From: Hypanus sabinus
Taxonomy: Eukaryota
Assembly: GCF_030144855.1 (NCBI RefSeq)
Contig: NC_082715.1
Location: 101,866,001 to 101,930,000, forward strand
Direction: 5' to 3'
DNA length: 64,000 nt
Shown: positions 61,760 to 64,000 of the stretch, one piece after another
Layout: every line of letters begins with the position of its first letter
Position numbering within the stretch: position 1 is the first letter of the stretch
Position numbers and translations under genes: made by a program
The notes under the pieces: model-generated
What the model was told of the DNA's origin: nothing
Seen by the model: only the letters and a program-made list of their open reading frames with translations
Databases searched by the model: none

Positions 61760-64000
61760 GCAGCTGCCGTGTCTGAATGGACATAGTCAGAGTGGGAATC
61801 TTAAGGTTTTACCTCTTTGAGGCTTCAACGGAGAGACTTCACTCAGAGAAAGCAAGGGAAAGAAAAGCTCAAGTTTTTCCCCTTTCTCTTCTTTATATCT
61901 GCTCAGCTATATCTATCTCCAGTATCCCTGGCCACTACAACTGGGAGAAGTGCTTATTAAAAACCGCGTTGAGGAGTTGGAGCTGGAACTGGATGAACTC
62001 CAGATTATTTGTGAGGCTGAGAGGGGTGATTGATGGGACATATAGAGAGGTAGTTACACTCAAGGTGCAGGACACAGGAAACCGGGTGACAGTCAGGAAA
62101 TGGAAAGGTGTTAAGGAAACAGTGCAGAGTACCCTGTGGTCATTCCTGTCAACAACATATATATTACTTTAGATACTTTTGGGAGGAAGGGGAGTAGAAT
62201 TGATCTAGCAGAGGAAAGTCACTGTGGTTGGATCTCTGGCACTGGGTCTGCCTCTGTGACTCAGAAGAGAAGGGGGGGGGAGAAGAGGCACACTGTGCTA
62301 ATAGGGGATTCATTGGTTAGGGGACCAGGCAGGAGGTTCTATGGGTGAGAACAAGATTCCCAAATGGTACGTTGCCTCCTGGATACCAGGATCTGGGACA
62401 TATTGAATCAAGTCCTCAGCATTCTTAAGTGGGAGGATGAACAGCCAGAAGTTGTGATCCATGTAGGTACCAATGACACGAGTCAAACAAGTGTTGGGGT
62501 TCTGCATTGTGAGTTTAGGGAGTTAGGTGCTAAATTAAAGGGCAGGACCTCCAGGGTTGTGATCTCAGGATTGCTACCCATGCCACATGCAAATGAGGCC
62601 TGAACTAGGAAGATTTTGCGGTTTTAATTCGTTGCTAAGGAGTTGGTGTAGGAGGAAGGGCATAGGATTTTTGGATCATTGGATCATTTGGGCTCTCTTC
62701 CAGGGAAGGTGAGATCTGTACAGAAGGGATCTGAACTGGAGGGGAACTAATATCCTAGAGGAAAGTTTTGTTACTACTCCACGGTGGGGTTTAAACTGGG
62801 GTTACAGGGGAATGGGAGCCGGAAGCCAAAACAGTTAGTGGAGAGGTTGTGGAGGCAAATGTTGGTAAGACCTCAGACAAAGTTAAGCATCAAAAGGTTG
62901 AGCATGGTGCAACAAAGGGTGAATACAGGACTGAAGGTTTTGTATCTGAATGCACGCAGTACACGGAATAAGAGAGATTAACTTGCAGCACAGTTGCAGA
63001 TTGGCAGGTAAGATGTTGTAGGCGTTAGAGAATCATGGCTGAAAGATTCTTTGAAGAATCAAGGATACACACTGTATTGAAAGGATGGACAGGAAGGCAG
63101 AAGAGGTGGAGTTGGTCTGTTGGTTAAAAAATGAAAGCAGATCGTTAGAAGTAGGTGATATAGAGTTGGAAGCTGTTAACTCATTGTGGATGGAGCTAAG
63201 CATAAAAAGACCTTGTTGGGAGTTGCATACAGACCCCAAACAGTAGTAAGGATGTGGCCTTCAAATTACAACGTGAGGTAGAAAATGCATCCGAAAGGGC
63301 AATGCTGAAATCGTCATGGGGAACTTCAATATGCAGGTAGATTAGGAAGATCTGGTTGTTGCTGGATCCCAGGAGGGGGAATTTCTAGAGTGCCTACAAG
63401 TTGGCTTTTTAGTGTAGCTTGTGGTTGAGCCCAGTAGAGGATCAGCTATTCTGGATTCGCTGTTGTACAATGAACCAGAATTGATTAGAGACCTTAAGGT
63501 AAAAGAACCCTTGGGGGCAAGTGATCATAATATGATCAAATTCACCCTGAAATTTGAGAAGGAGAAGCTAAAGTCAGATGTATAAGTATTATGTTGGAGT
63601 AAAGGGAATTATAGAGGCATGAGAGAGGAGCAGGCCAGATGTGATTGGAAAAGAACACTGGCAGGGATGACGGTAGAGCAGCAATAGCTGGAATTTCTGG
63701 AAGCAATTCAGAAGACACAGGATATATACATTCCAACTGGATGAAGTAGTTTACAGGAAAGATGATACAACCATGGTTAACAAGAGAAGTAAAAGTCAAC
63801 ATAAAAGCCAAAACTGAGGGCATATAATAGAGCAAAGATTAGTAGGAAGTTAGAGATTTAAGAAGGTTTTAAAAACTATCAGACGGCAACTTTAAAAGTT
63901 ATTAAGAAGGTAAAGATGCAATATGAAAGTAAGCTGGCCAGTAGTATTAAAGAGGACACCAAAAGTTTCTTCAGATATATAAAGTGTAAAAGACAGATGA
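61760..64000 (+). mobile_element. CR1 LINE 5' part: ORF1 (zipper + SGNH esterase) and ORF2 endonuclease start, decayed
   Basis: ELELELDELQII zipper, LIGDSLVRG and VIHVGTND esterase motifs, GLKVLYLNARS endonuclease start. Confidence 0.9.

Noticed and set aside
46000-64000. ANKRD6 coding exons
   Set aside because: No ankyrin-like peptide in the ORF track or by eye; coding exons are probably beyond the window, though short exons could have been missed.

Overview
Vertebrate genomic DNA, most likely from a cartilaginous fish (ray or shark; inferred from the repeat content of HE1-like V-SINEs, CR1, Rex1/Babar-like, RTE and Penelope elements). The window holds a complete 7-exon RRAGD (RagD GTPase) gene on the minus strand: CDS 33350->5740, 1185 nt, 394 aa, all introns GT-AG. 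Downstream is the first coding exon and CpG promoter of UBE2J1 (2847->2817, minus). A CpG-rich promoter-like island at about 45.4-46.0 kb is probably the divergent ANKRD6 5' end, judged from the known UBE2J1-RRAGD-ANKRD6 synteny; I found no ANKRD6 coding exon. The rest is mostly transposon-derived: a full-length decayed hAT, a full-length decayed Tc1, a Tigger/pogo deletion derivative, an internally deleted Gypsy element with both LTRs, and many LINE/SINE fragments, often nested. The most notable signals are (i) a dispersed family of minimal hammerhead-ribozyme motifs that are the 3' end of a Penelope-like element, often in inverted pairs; (ii) a strong cryptic splice donor just before the RRAGD start codon, plus uORFs; (iii) two deletion stages of one RTE family; and (iv) a promoter-proximal minisatellite with a CpG-decay gradient. 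Repeat boundaries were read by eye and are approximate unless TSD or TIR positions are given.
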